From Amoebidium appalachense (taxonomy: Eukaryota > Protista > Ichthyosporea), in contig CAVNZM010000012.1 in the NCBI GenBank assembly GCA_963693365.1, positions 1,798,001 to 1,862,000 on the forward strand: a DNA stretch of 64,000 bases, written 5' to 3'. Below the pieces are notes generated by a model, which did no database searches, was not told where the DNA came from, and saw only the letters and a program-made list of their open reading frames with translations. Both the position numbers and the translations under genes were made by a program. Of this stretch, positions 15,454-28,278 are shown in pieces. Positions within the stretch are counted from its first letter, which is position 1. The number at the start of each line of letters is the position of its first letter.

Positions 15454-16233
15454 TGGTGGCGGCGGCGGTGGTGGTGGTGGTGGTGGTTGGGGGGGGGGGG
15501 GGGGGAGGGGGGGGGGGGGGGGGGACCGGGAAGGCAGAGATATATGAGAGGCCCCATTGGGCACGGGGCAGGGTGGGGGGAGATTGGCCGACAGGGTGGC
15601 TTCGGGGGTTTTTTTTTTCTTTTTTTTTTTTTTTTGTGTGGTGGGAGGGTGTGCTGATGGGCACCTGGTGGCGGTGATGGTGGTGGTGGGGGGAGGGGGA
15701 GGGGGGGAAGGAGAGAGAGGATGGTTACGTGTGGTGGTGGTGGTTTTTTTCTTTCTTTTTTTTTTGGGGGGGGGAGAGGGGGGGGGGAGGGGGGGTTTGG
15801 GGGGGGGGGGGGGGGAGAGAAAAGGGGAGGGGAAGGGGGGAGGGGGAGGGAGGTGGGGGGAGGGGGGGGGGGGGAGGTGGATTTTTATTGCTGCTGGTGG
15901 TTGTAGTGGCGATGGTTTTGTTTTTCGGGTGGGGGGGGGGGGGGGGGGGGGGGATATGCCCATGTGATCGAAATGAAGATTTAGGCATGCACGCAATGTG
16001 TTGTACATGCGCACTTCGACGTGCACTTCGAGTCACCCGGCTCCTTTATTATCCATGAAATGCGCTTTCTTTCTTGGCCCTCGGACAATAGCCAATCGGT
16101 ACACCAAACAAAAGATACCTAGAAAACTCGGCATAGGGAGTCAAGTTGAAAACAATAACGGCAAGAGAGGAAATCAAAAGAAAGTGGTGGAAAGTGCAAG
16201 GGTTACGAGGGACATTGAGATGCCATGCATAGG
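11874..16233 (+). pseudogene. Extracellular solute-binding-domain + class C (7tm_3-like) receptor gene, probably decayed; exon structure only partly resolved
   Basis: ~11940-12264 encodes YPDLVIMRHTDVRLLRRKGLLADM and AIPFMMGAQLTQYSKSTFEVAG, which resemble family-1 SBP motifs. 13693-15090 encodes a Cys linker and TM1-4 with VMRSASPFYC and LLVKLLR, typical of GABA-B/Grl-like class C receptors. A TM7-like CAFFLGPR lies at ~16060. A 52-bp tandem duplication (11874-11977) shifts the frame, and no GT donor is found near 15092. Confidence 0.6.
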
Positions 16234-16357
16234 TGAGTGGCTGGGTAGATCTTTGGAAAGTGAGGTTGAAGGGTATTGGCGGTGAATACTGTATTACGTT
16301 GTCCTTTCTTCGCATTCGCACCCGCACACACACGCATGCACACACACACGCACACGC

Positions 16358-16412
<55 letters not shown>

Positions 16413-16449
16413 GACACACACAAACACCCCCCCCCCCCCCCCCCCCCCA

Positions 16450-16516
<67 letters not shown>

Positions 16517-17140
16517 GCACACACCCACCCGATGTCTTTAGCAATGACCCCCTAAGGATCCCCAGTACGTCACTTTTCCATGCATTAGATTTCAGTCCTT
16601 GCATTGTATTTGAGAGTTAAACAAATATTAACCCTCTTTCATATAAAGTTTTCTGAAACTCTGTTTTTTTATCCGGTTTTGAATTAGATTTTCCTTACAT
16701 TGTATTGGAGAACTATTCTGATTTTTAAAACTCAGGCATGTCCTCCCCTTTGCCCCCCCCCACCCCCCCCCACCCCCCCCCACCCCCTTCCCCCTCCCTC
16801 CCCCCCCCCCCCCCCTCCCCCCCTCCCCCTGTCCACTCCTCCCCCCCCCCCCCCCCCCCCCCCTTCCCCCTGCCCCCCCTTCCCCCCCCCTCCCCTCGAG
16901 GTCCCGCCTATCGCAATTCTCGCCTTTCCCTGCACCTCCTCTTTCCCTCCGAGCTCGGCCCCAACCCCTTCGATGAATCAGATGTTAAGATATGCAGTTT
17001 CCGCAGCTGCTGGGCAGCTCAAGATTAGTTTTGGGCTCCTCTAGCTCAGAGAACCTGTGTGTGTGTGGTTGCATGTGTGCACCTGTGTGTTTGCGTCACA
17101 GGGTTTCTGTGTGTGGTGTGTGCATGTGTGTGTGTGTGTG

Positions 17141-17173
<33 letters not shown>

Positions 17174-18083
17174 TCATGTGCTCGCGTGTGCATGTGTGCC
17201 CGTGCACGTGTGTGTGTGTGTGTGCATGTGCGTGTGCGTAAGCATATGCGTGTGCATGTACGTGCGAGCACGCATGCGTTCGTGCGTGCGTGCATGCGTG
17301 TACATGTGTGCGCGTGGGTGCGTGGGTGCGCGAACGGTTGTGAGTGTACATGTACTTGTGTACACGTGTGCGCGCATGTGTGTAAGTGTGCTTGTGCCTG
17401 CGTGTGTGCGTGTGCGTGTGCTCAGTCGTGAGTGCTGTGTGTCTGTATGTGTGTGGTCGTGTGCCATTCGTGAATACCGTAAACTGTTTGTTCCAATGTA
17501 CATGAGTACACGGTGTACTACCCACCGGCGTGGCTGGGGTTGATACCCTGGGCAAAGTGTGTACATATAGTTAGGACTGTTATAGGTGTGTTAGTTTTAG
17601 CTAATAGCATCGTAGCACCCTAGCTAGAGTACTGTCGGTGCCGGGTGGAAGACCGTAGCTCCCCCTGAGGGCCCCTAGGGGTACCTCCGGGAACAAAACG
17701 GGATAAAATAAAAAGAAAATGAGTATACGGTGTACAAGCGAGGGTGACATTTCCTCAGGAAGAAGGCCCTGGGCGGATGCGGCGGCGGGCCCTTGGGGGA
17801 GGGGGGGGGGGGGGGGGGGGGGTGCGGAGAGAGGGGGAAGAGAGTTTGGGGAGCACCGACGGGCACAATATGGTTATATTGAGTTTGATGGAGTCGTGCT
17901 TAATAATATGAAAGGGTATAGAAGGAAACCATGGCTGTTCAAGAGAATTTGGTATTTTATTTGCTGCGCTGTTTCATCAAAGTGATTTATTCTTTGATCA
18001 ATACAATTGACCATACAATGGCCATTTTCAACTACGTACATAGTGCAAACAATTCATTCGGTTCTTTACATTATTTTGAATGC

Positions 18084-19889
18084 CTAGTTTGTGCAGGTGT
18101 TTCTTGCGCAGCGGGCCACGCCGTTGTCACACGTGCACTTGACGCAGCCGTTCTCAACGGTGAAGTCATCGCCGCTCTCATACACGGTGTCGGCGGCCAC
18201 CCGGCACATGCCATAGCCGGGGCCGGGCCGGGACGCACAGCCGCCAGTGCACAGCGCATTGCCGCTGGCAGCGCACAGGCAGCTGGTGCACTCGTTGAAG
18301 ATGGCCCGCTCCCCGAGCTGCAGCAACTTCCCCCGCACAGAGCACGTGCTGGCCGTGGGCGCCGCCGCCTCCGTGGTCGTGGTGGTGGGGGCTGGTGCCT
18401 GGGTGGTGGTGGTGGTGGTGGTGACGGGCGCCTGGGTGGTGGTGGGGGCGGGGGCCTCGGTGGTGGTGGGGGCCGGGGCCTGGGTGGTGGTGGGGGCGGG
18501 GGCCTGGGTGGTGGTGGGGACGGCGGGGGCCGGAGGGGGGCACGAGCCGGAGGGGCGGCACTTTGTGACGCCGTTGAAGCACGTGCACACACTGCAGCCG
18601 TTGTCGGTGGTGATGCTCACCTGGCTGTCGATGACGGTGTTGCCCTCCAGCCGGCACGCCCCATTGGGTGGCTGGGGCTGCGGCACACAGCCGCCCGTGC
18701 ACAGGGCGTTGCCGCTGACACAGGCACACGAGTAGCACTCGCTGAACACAAGCCGCTCCCCGGGCACAAAGCTAATGCCCTGCGCCATGCACGTTCCAGG
18801 CGCAACCGTTGTGGCCGCAGCCGTGGTGGTGGTGGTGGTGGTAGGAGCAACGGTGGTGGTGGTGGTGGTAGCTGGGGCCTGGGTAGTGGTGGGGGCAGGT
18901 GCGGGAGGGGGGCACGAGCCGGAGGGGCGGCACTTTGACATTCCGTTGGAGCACGTGCACACACTGCAGCCGTTGTCGACGAGGTAGGAAATGCCGTTGG
19001 TGAGGACGGTGGTGGTATCCAGCCGGCAGTCACCGTTGGGGGGCTGGGGCTGAGGCACACAGCCGCCCGTGCAGAGCGCATTGCCGTTGAGGCACGTGCA
19101 CGAGTAGCACTCACTGGACACCAGCTTCTCCCCCGACAGCAGGCTGACCCCGTCCACACTGCACGAGCCGGGCGCGATGGTGGTGGTGGGGACGGGAGTG
19201 GTGGTGGTGGTGGTGGTGGTGGTGGTGGTGGTGGTGGTGGTGGTGGTGGTGGTGGTGGGTGCCACAGTGGTGGTGGGGGCGGGGGTTGATGTGGTGGGGA
19301 CGCAGGAGCCTGATGGGCCGCACTGGGCCACGCCGTCCTTGCACGAGCACGTGCCACAGCCGTTTTCGTTTGTAAGGGTAGTGCCGTTGGCAAGGACCGT
19401 GTTGGCGTTGATGCGGCAGGCCCCATTGGGCGGCTGTGGCTGCGGCATACAGCCACCCGTGCACAGCGCGTTGCCCGTGTTGGTGCAGGCACACTCGAAG
19501 CACTCGCTGAACACCACCCGATTTCCGTAGGGCACGCTGATGCCACGGATGAGGCACGTGCCGGGTGCGGGGGTACCGGTGGGGTCGGGCACAGGGGTTA
19601 CGGCGGTGGTGGTTGCAATGGTGGTGGTGGGTGCAGGGACAGGTGCGTCACACTTTCTGGGGCAGATAATCTTCCCGCTATTGCACGTGCACATGCAGGG
19701 GCGGCCGGCAATACGGCAGCGCTGGCCATGTGCAAATGTTTTGCCGCCAGCCAGGCGGCAGAAGGCGGGCACACAGCTGCCGTTGGACCACGTGGTGCCG
19801 GGGGCACACACGGTGGGGTTCTCGCTGTAGCCAACAGAGGCACCCAGCGCACCGCCTACGAACAGGGGGGCCACCACGGCGAGCTTCAT
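18084..19889 (-). CDS. Paralogous secreted Cys-rich/Thr-rich mucin-like protein, 601 aa, intronless
   Basis: Starts MKLAVVAPLFVGGALGA (ATG at 19889). Near-identical to 8715-10718 in shared modules, with one extra Cys-module pair and a shorter Thr repeat. Confidence 0.9.
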   Translation of the reverse strand: MKLAVVAPLFVGGALGASVGYSENPTVCAPGTTWSNGSCVPAFCRLAGGKTFAHGQRCRIAGRPCMCTCNSGKIICPRKCDAPVPAPTTTIATTTAVTPVPDPTGTPAPGTCLIRGISVPYGNRVVFSECFECACTNTGNALCTGGCMPQPQPPNGACRINANTVLANGTTLTNENGCGTCSCKDGVAQCGPSGSCVPTTSTPAPTTTVAPTTTTTTTTTTTTTTTTTTTTPVPTTTIAPGSCSVDGVSLLSGEKLVSSECYSCTCLNGNALCTGGCVPQPQPPNGDCRLDTTTVLTNGISYLVDNGCSVCTCSNGMSKCRPSGSCPPPAPAPTTTQAPATTTTTTVAPTTTTTTTAAATTVAPGTCMAQGISFVPGERLVFSECYSCACVSGNALCTGGCVPQPQPPNGACRLEGNTVIDSQVSITTDNGCSVCTCFNGVTKCRPSGSCPPPAPAVPTTTQAPAPTTTQAPAPTTTEAPAPTTTQAPVTTTTTTTQAPAPTTTTTEAAAPTASTCSVRGKLLQLGERAIFNECTSCLCAASGNALCTGGCASRPGPGYGMCRVAADTVYESGDDFTVENGCVKCTCDNGVARCARNTCTN

Positions 19890-20699
19890 TCTGACGATAA
19901 TGTTATTGTGTGTGAACAAATTCTATATCAACAGGCTGGTGTGCTGAAACTGTTGGCACTCTGATTGCTAAGGGGATGTTCGCCACGGGTAATGCACGGC
20001 TCGGAGGGGGCTAGCTAGGAGCCGATGGACTGACTGACTGGCTGAGTGAGGTTGGGTCCGTACCCTGCTGCAAGAGCCACGTCTGTGCAGCTTGTCAACG
20101 ATTGGGCGCCTATATTGCCATTTATGATTGGTAGCTGGAATAGTGCCATGGGTAATGTGGATTGGTTCATTTAGTTTACCAATCAGATCGCTCGTGTGTA
20201 CGAATTGTAACGAGATTCGATTAACGATCAATTCAATTGCCATACTATATAAGTGCTTGAGTAGGATCATGTAGGGACGCAGCATCCTCATTTGTATATT
20301 CGCCTTCATTTTCCTACCCTTACACTATGTAAATACATTCAGGGCAATTTTTTGGTGCCTGTTGAGAAGCGTTGAGCATGCTGAATCACACAATCGGTGG
20401 ACCAGAGTGGAATAAAACGAGCCATCGATCATGGGAGAGATGACGATCTAATACTGGAGCAGGGTGTGACCTTTGTCTTTGCTAGTGCCATTGTGGTAAC
20501 TTTCGACCAGGCTGGATGGTCCTAACAGAGCCAGCAACCGTTTTTGGGTGCATTTTCTTACATATTTGGCTCTTTTAGGGCCAAAATTTTGGAAATTGAT
20601 GGACCTAACCTCAAAAAGTTAGGGACAACTTTTGGACTTTCAGGAACAATGTCCTGGCCCTAAACCCCCTAATTTCACAGCCTGACCTGGAACACCTAC

Positions 20700-20949
20700 A
20701 CTAGCTCGCGCCTCCGGGATGGAGTCCGATGGACCGTGTACCCGCTGGCGCTGTGAGTTTATACTACTGACCACGCTTTCGTAAATGATGTCAGAGAGGT
20801 CGCAGAGAGACAGCACTCAAAGGGACGGGGAAAAGAAAAGTTGGGGGGGCCGGGCCGGTGGGGGGGGAGGGGGGTATTTTCTAACCGAAGATTAGGCAGA
20901 GAGTCTCAGCATTGCACACGCAACCTGTGTTGGAGAGGCTGGATGACAC
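20700..20949 (-). CDS. Two exons of an unidentified minus-strand gene (partial)
   Basis: Exon 20949-20886 (ctgcag| ... |gttag), a short pyrimidine-rich intron, then an exon from 20815. They join in frame as VSSSLSNTGCVCNAETLCLIFVLSLCDLSDIIYESVVSSINSQRQR. No recognisable domain; start not found. Confidence 0.3.
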
Positions 20950-21107
20950 CTGCAGGGCCTCAGGGCTTGGTGGACATTGAACTAGCCTCCTAGTCTTTCT
21001 ATCTCCGTTTTCTCGGCCCCTCTATCCCCCTCTATACCTTCTCTCGTCGAGTTTCCTGGCCCTACCGTGCCTTGACTCGAGTTTACACACACACACACAC
21101 ACACACG

Positions 21108-21144
<37 letters not shown>

Positions 21145-21446
21145 ACCCACACAGGCACACACACACGCACACGCACACGCACACACACATACACACACAT
21201 ACACACACACACGCAACGGTCTACCTCTCTCTCTCTCTCTCTCTCTTTCTCCGTCCCTGCACCCTCCCTCCCTCCCTCCCTCACTCTCCTCTCCCCTCCT
21301 CTCCTCTTCATCCCTCCCATACGCCCACCCACCCTTAGTCCCTCCCTCTGGAGAGCCCCCCTCCCCCTCCCTCCGCCCCCCTCCACACACACACACACAA
21401 TGACACAATGTCATGCACACATACATACAGACACACACACAAGTGT

Positions 21447-21506
<60 letters not shown>

Positions 21507-21612
21507 GCGCGCGCACACACACACACACACAGACACACACAAACACACACATACACCCCTTGAAATACTTACATACATACACACGCACAGCACAAACACA
21601 CACGCCAGTGCA

Positions 21613-21662
<50 letters not shown>

Positions 21663-21667
21663 GCACG

Positions 21668-21699
<32 letters not shown>

Positions 21700-22046
21700 G
21701 GCACACACACACACACACACACACACAATGGTGTGGAAAACACGTGCAGGTAAGATGATGTCTCTCTCTCTATCTCTCCCTATCTCTCTCTTCTACCCCC
21801 CCCCCCCCCCCGGTCTCTTCCCCGGCCTCGGAGTCTCTCCGATGCTCTTCCACCCCGCCCTCTCTCCCTGTGCCCCCCCCCCCCCCCCTCCTCGTTCTCA
21901 GTTTCCAGCCTACCTATTGCTCTCCCTATTTCTCAGTCTCTCTCTCTCAGGAGGCTCTCTCTCTCTCTCCCTCTCTCTCTCTCCCTCTCTCCCCCCCCCC
22001 CCCCCCCCTCCCCCCTATCTCTCTCCCTCCCTCTCTCTCTCCCTCC

Positions 22047-22077
<31 letters not shown>

Positions 22078-23065
22078 CCTCGTCTCTCTCTCTCTCCCCC
22101 CCCCACCCACCCACACACACACACACTCTCTCTCTCTCTCCCTCCTTCCCCCCCCCCCCCCTCTCTCTCTCGTTCTCCCAACCCCCCCATCCCCTCTCCC
22201 TCTCTATTCCGCTCCCCCCCCCCCCCCCCCTCAGGCCCCCCTCCCCCCTCCCCCCCCCCCCCCCCCCTTTCTCGGACTATGTATAAATGCACAACGGTTT
22301 CCAATATTGCTTACTTGCTGGTGGCTGCATTGCATATAGTACCGTGCTATTACATTATATTTTCAGGTAAAGTCTTGCATAAGTTGTGCACGTAATTTCC
22401 TTTCTCATTGTGTACTGTTATCACTTGCATTTAGCCTGTGTACTACATGATTTGAATACTATTCATTTATGTTTTTGGGTTTGTCTTGTCACATAGATTT
22501 GAAAATCCACCATATTTTTCTCAAGTCTCCTTATCAAATTTCGTCTACAGGATATTTACAGCTTGTCTTTGTTGTGAAATCCTTATGTGGTTATACGCGT
22601 CACACGTTTACGTGCTCCCGAGGTCAGCCTTATTGTTTCTCTAATGTAACTTTTGCAATTGGCAAATTGAATCGGGTCAGTGACTGGACGGACTACCAAA
22701 ATCTTAAAATCATTGGGAGCCTTGCACCCAAAATAGCGGGCCACTGGCAGTGTTGTGTATGTTCATCTGGTCCACGTGTGGTACACACATGCTGCTCTCA
22801 ACTGGATTAACTTAAAAGGCAATCAACCGTCGCGCCATGTCGGGCTCCCGATCACATCAAAACCATATGTGATCTGTGAACAGCAATATGATTCCTTAAA
22901 AATAGCAGTTACCCGCGTCTCAGTCCTTTTTTTTGATGTTCTAATTTAGAGGAAGACATTCTCAGATTTCATGATATGCATCTACTGAGCAACTAATAAA
23001 CTCCAAGTCATAGACCGTTACGGCCAGAAGTTTTGTACTTTATGGTGTTATCGAATTGCATCTGT

Positions 23066-23104
<39 letters not shown>

Positions 23105-23216
23105 CACACACACACACACACACTATATCAAGTACCTTATCAGGATTATTGCCCCCCCCCCCCCCCCCCCCCCTCCCCCCCCCCTCCCCCCTCCCCCCCC
23201 CCCCCCCCCCCCCAAA

Positions 23217-23417
23217 AGGGCCCAACCACACGAGCTTAACAAACTCGCTTTTAGCATAATAATTAAGCTTTTGCTTAATAATTATTATTTTCGCTTAATA
23301 ATTAAGCTTTTCGCTTAATAATTTTGCTTAATACTTAAGCTTTTTGCATAATAATTAAGCTTTTTGCATAATGATTATGCTAAAAGCGAGTTTATTAAGC
23401 TCGTGTGGTTGGGCCCT
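23217..23417. mobile_element. MITE with ~45-bp terminal inverted repeats (PIF/Harbinger-like ends)
   Basis: AGGGCCCAACCACACGAGCTTAACAAACTCGCTTTTAGCATAAT ... ATTATGCTAAAAGCGAGTTTATTAAGCTCGTGTGGTTGGGCCCT (1 mismatch). The interior consists of TAATAATTAAGCTTTT-like repeats. No clear TSD. Confidence 0.8.
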
Positions 23418-23613
23418 CCCCAACCCCCAGCCTCTGCACCCTCCTGAGCTCGAGGATACTGTCCCCCCCCCCCCCCCCCCCCCCCCCTCGCTCCCGGTCC
23501 GCCCCTCCTGGCTTTCAAACCGAAGCTACATAGAGTGATGTGAATTTGAATCACAGTTCCCCCTCCTCCTCCCCCCCCCCCCCCCCACCCCACCACAGTC
23601 CCCCCTTGGCACC

Positions 23614-23655
<42 letters not shown>

Positions 23656-23910
23656 CCCTTCCCCGGGCCCTGGAGGCTGGGTACTAATCGTCTAAATTGA
23701 CCCATACATCTTAACTGAAATACAGATCGTTTATCACGATGTATCGGGCTGCTCGACTCAGGTGGAGTCATGCCCGGGGTTGAAACAGCGTGTGTGTGTG
23801 TTTACGTGTGTGTGTGTGTGTATGTGTTTGTGTGTGTGTGTGCTGTGTGTGTGTGTGTGCTGTGTGTGCTGTGTGTGTGTGTGTGCTGTGTGTGTGTGTG
23901 TGCGTGTGTG

Positions 23911-23956
<46 letters not shown>

Positions 23957-26147
23957 AAGCAAGTCTATGGAAATGGTGTCTGCATAGTGATATTTTTGGA
24001 TGGCAACGTTGAATGTGTGGTCATTTCCTCTTGCACCATGGGAAGTGCCATCACCATGGCCGATGCATGCACGATGGTGGGCATGTACGATCTTGGGCAA
24101 CGCCATTGCCATGACCGGCGGACAAGAATTTGTCCACTTCTACTGGCCTGCGGTGAGCGCGGAAAAGCCGAAAAGTGTTCATATTACTGCCGTATGCGTT
24201 CATTTCTGCGATAGTAGTAAAGAGTAGTAGTAATAGCTATCATTATGTGCATATGTAGTTCTATTACAGCCGGACAGCCCGTCGATATATCGGATACAGT
24301 GAGCATGGGCTGGATTTCTAAAAATAGCAAATCAGAGGGCCAGTATTGGCCCACTAACCTTCAATGTGATTGGCCGAGCGAGCATGGGACGGCGGTTGCT
24401 GATGGCGCGAAAACTTACGAAACAGACAGACTGGCACGCATGACATGACAAAAGAAGAGAGAGAGAGGCGAAAAGTGAAAAACGTGAAAAAACAACGAAG
24501 TGTAGGGGTTTACTTTGTTAGTGTTGTGTCTTATTTGAGATAGGGAGAAGGAGGAATAGCCACTCACCGCGTTACTGCCTTGGAGGTAAGACACTGGGCT
24601 TATACAGAAGTAGATTGTTTGGTTACAAGGAGTGAGCGCTTTCGTTTGTCAGCATTATGCCGTGCCTGAACAATGAAATTGGAACCAGGCGGGAAGGAAA
24701 TAGTGGCACAGGAAAAATCAGGCTCAAGATTCTTTATGGATGCTCTGTTGTCGGGTGGCGGACTAGATCTGCACGGGAAATCAGATCTAGCGAACTCGAT
24801 GCACTTCTTTTAGATTGGGAAAGTTTAAAAGCGACGGGTTTTCACTTTCGTGTTGGCCTCAGAGCTAACTATTTCCCATCTCTACACACACGCACACACT
24901 CTCGAAGATAGAGCATCTTAGAGATTTCGGAAGGCTTCTGTTTTTTGCTCCTATTGCAAGTGTTGTGTTGACGTGGGTAATTCTCGATGTGTGGATGCAT
25001 GGAGCTTGTATGTCCTCGTGCATGTTTACCCAAAGGGGAGGGGAGGGGGGGGGGGGGGGGGGGATTACTTTTTATTGTCTTTGGACGTGTTTTTGTAGAA
25101 AGATGTGGCACAGAGTTAAGTTGTTGTAAGTGTTTCCACTTCTTGAACATGACTGCTGGCCGGACTTTTGATCCCCCCCCCCCCCCCCCCCCCCTCCACC
25201 ACCACCCTCACGGACACCACCACCACGACCCACCTCTTCCCCTAGTCTTCTCCCCTTTTTTACAGAGAAAGTTATGCTTGCATACACTTTTTGGGGACTT
25301 AATATTTGTCTGGGTGAGTGGGTGGAAGAGGATGGAAGCGGGTAATTCTCGCTTTATGTGTGCGTGCTTAGAACAGGTGTTTTGAGTTATTAAAATATAT
25401 TAGTATATACTCCATAAACTCTATATTCCTTGTTTAGATTCGTGTAGACGTAAGGATTGCTTATATTTCCGACCTTTGCAGTGTGAGCTTAAGGTTGTGT
25501 TTTCCCCCTGCCCCCCTCCCCCCCCCCCCCCCCCCGGCCCCCCCCCTCAACCCGTTCGCCCCTTCTCCGTCACCCCCTCACCCCTTGCCTGGCCCCCCCT
25601 TTCCCCTCCACACAATCACACACACACACAACGCACTGCGGATGCAAACCATTGGCCTGTTTTTTTAACCGTTTCACTTCACGCACATAGCTGCTGGTCG
25701 GACTTTCGACCCCCCCCCCCCCCCCTCCCCAACCATCAACACCACCATCACCAACCACGTTCCACTCGTCTCTCCTACTTCTTATCAGATACACTTATGC
25801 TTGCACTTCTTCCTGCTTCCATCCTCCCCCCCCCCCCCCCCCCCTCCCCCTCCAATCTCGTCCCCCCTGGTCTCTTCCAATACTTAGTGCTCTCTTTGTG
25901 TCTCGTTTCGTCGTGATTGGTGACTGTGGGTGCCAAAATGCATCTTGTAATCTCTGGTTCTTGCAATTGGAGTTCTGCACACAAGCCAACTTTCCTGCTA
26001 CTACTGTTTGCAACGGATGTGTGTGCATATGTGTTTGTGTGTGTGTGTGCGTGTGCGCGTGTGTGCGTGTGCGTGTGCGTGTGCGTGTGCGTGTGCGTGT
26101 GCGTGTGCGCGTGCGCGTGCGTGTGCGTGTGCGTGTGCGTGTGCGTG

Positions 26148-26262
<115 letters not shown>

Positions 26263-26567
26263 ATGCGTGCATGCGTGCATGCGTGCATGCGTGTGTGCAT
26301 GCGTGTGTCTGTGTCTCCCTCTGTGTGTATGTGTGTGCGTGCGGGTATCTGTCTGTGCAATTACTCGTTGCTGTGCTGCTGTGCTCCTTTTCAGCCGTGC
26401 ATGCGTGTGTGCATGCGTGTGTCTGTGTCTCCCTCTGTGTGTATGTGTGTGCGTGCGGGTATCTGTCTGTGCAATTACTCGTTGCTGTGCTGCTGTGCTC
26501 CTTTTCAGCCGGGAAACCGACTTACAATCAACAGAACAAACAGCTAACACAATCACCCCTAAACCGC

Positions 26568-26835
26568 ATGCAGCACAAGTCATCGAAGATGGGTAGCGAA
26601 AACGACAACGTGCAGGTCCTTCAGGACATTCTCACGCAGTTTGACGAGTTTTACGCAAAGCTGCAAGACCGCAAGAGGAGGGGTGTGGACACGGTGGATG
26701 AACTGGAGCACAAGGCAAACGAGAACTACCGCAAACAGCAGATGCAATGGGCTAAGGAGCTGGAGGTATAACACCCCCCCCTCTCCCACTCCTCCCCGCC
26801 CTCCCCTCCCCCCCCGCCCCCGTCACCCCCACGCA

Positions 26836-26883
<48 letters not shown>

Positions 26884-26999
26884 AAGTAAAGGATGGTCTT
26901 TGCTTGTGACGATTGATTTTTTTGTGGGCTCTGCAATCTGCTTGGTGTTATCCATCATGAATGTGTGCATGGTACTCCGCTACACAATGTTAACCCCCC

Positions 27000-27030
<31 letters not shown>

Positions 27031-28106
27031 CACACACCTTTTGCCCTCCATTTGCCCCCCCTCCCCCCCCCCCCCCCCCGCGGGTTGCACACACCGGTGT
27101 CTACTTTTCTTCCTACTGTTTTTCTCTCCACACACTTCATCTGTCCACTTCTGCATACCCCCTCTCATAGCTATAGACACACTTCACACATTGCGTTACG
27201 CGCACGCATGCACACACCGCTCTGTTGGCGACAGCTCCCTTGGAACCCATGCGGCATGTTACCCGCCGGCGTAACATAACTCGGACTATCGATTTGGCTT
27301 GTTTCAAGCCCAAAGCAATGGGTGATACCATATTTCCGGCTGACATCCGGGGGCATAGCTTTCCGTTCGAAGACGTTAAAGTTCCGCCCTAGTAAGCGTG
27401 TTACTACCCTGCGGCGTGGGTCAAATTTCATATTTTCCCCTCTGATTGCGAATTCTGCGGCCTTCGGGACTTAATTTTTTTCAGCTGGTGTAGTATGTTA
27501 GCCAGGGAAGTATCGACTTAGGTAGCAACGGGGGAGCTTCCTAGAAGCCCCGTCTCCTGAGTTCCTATCTATATTTTTCTTGCTTCTGCTTACTGCTGCA
27601 ACTTTAACCCCCGGCCTTTCCCACTGCCCTTGCCCGCATAAGCAACCCTGTTCGTCTCTGATCAAGACGGGTGACCTACCCATGTTCAAGTGAAACAGTA
27701 TCTGAGTTGGGTTTCGTTAACGAGGTGAATAGGTCGAAACTCGGGTTCTGTGGATGACGTGGCCCCCCCCTGAGGATGGGCTCTGCTTATTATGCATACT
27801 CTTTATTCTGCATCGTGTTATCCGTTTGTTCTTGTGTACTTCGTACTTTTTGATGCATTCAAACACCCCCCCCCCCCCCCCCCCCCCCCACCCCGCGCCC
27901 CTTCCCTCCCTATCCCCTCCCCCATCCTTTCGACCTCATATCCATTCCTCTCCAAACCTCTCTTATTATTATTCCCCCCCCCTCCCCCCCCCTCCCTTTA
28001 TGTGTTGTGACGTCACAACACATACATCTTTCCGTCTTCTCAGCCGCACGCTATTGCATATAGATTAACACACATACGCGTGCGCACACACGCGCACGCA
28101 CACGAA

Positions 28107-28168
<62 letters not shown>

Positions 28169-28181
28169 TGCACGCGCGCGC

Positions 28182-28278
<97 letters not shown>

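Noticed and set aside
22270-24112. Further exons (TVSNIAYLLVAAL at ~22290 on +; MAMALPKIV... at 24112 on -)
   Set aside because: No consistent splice sites or recognisable domain linking them.
27300-27440. Tyrosine-recombinase remnant (GHSF and LRRG words) upstream of the element
   Set aside because: The two short words are in different frames with stops between them; not supportable without a profile search.
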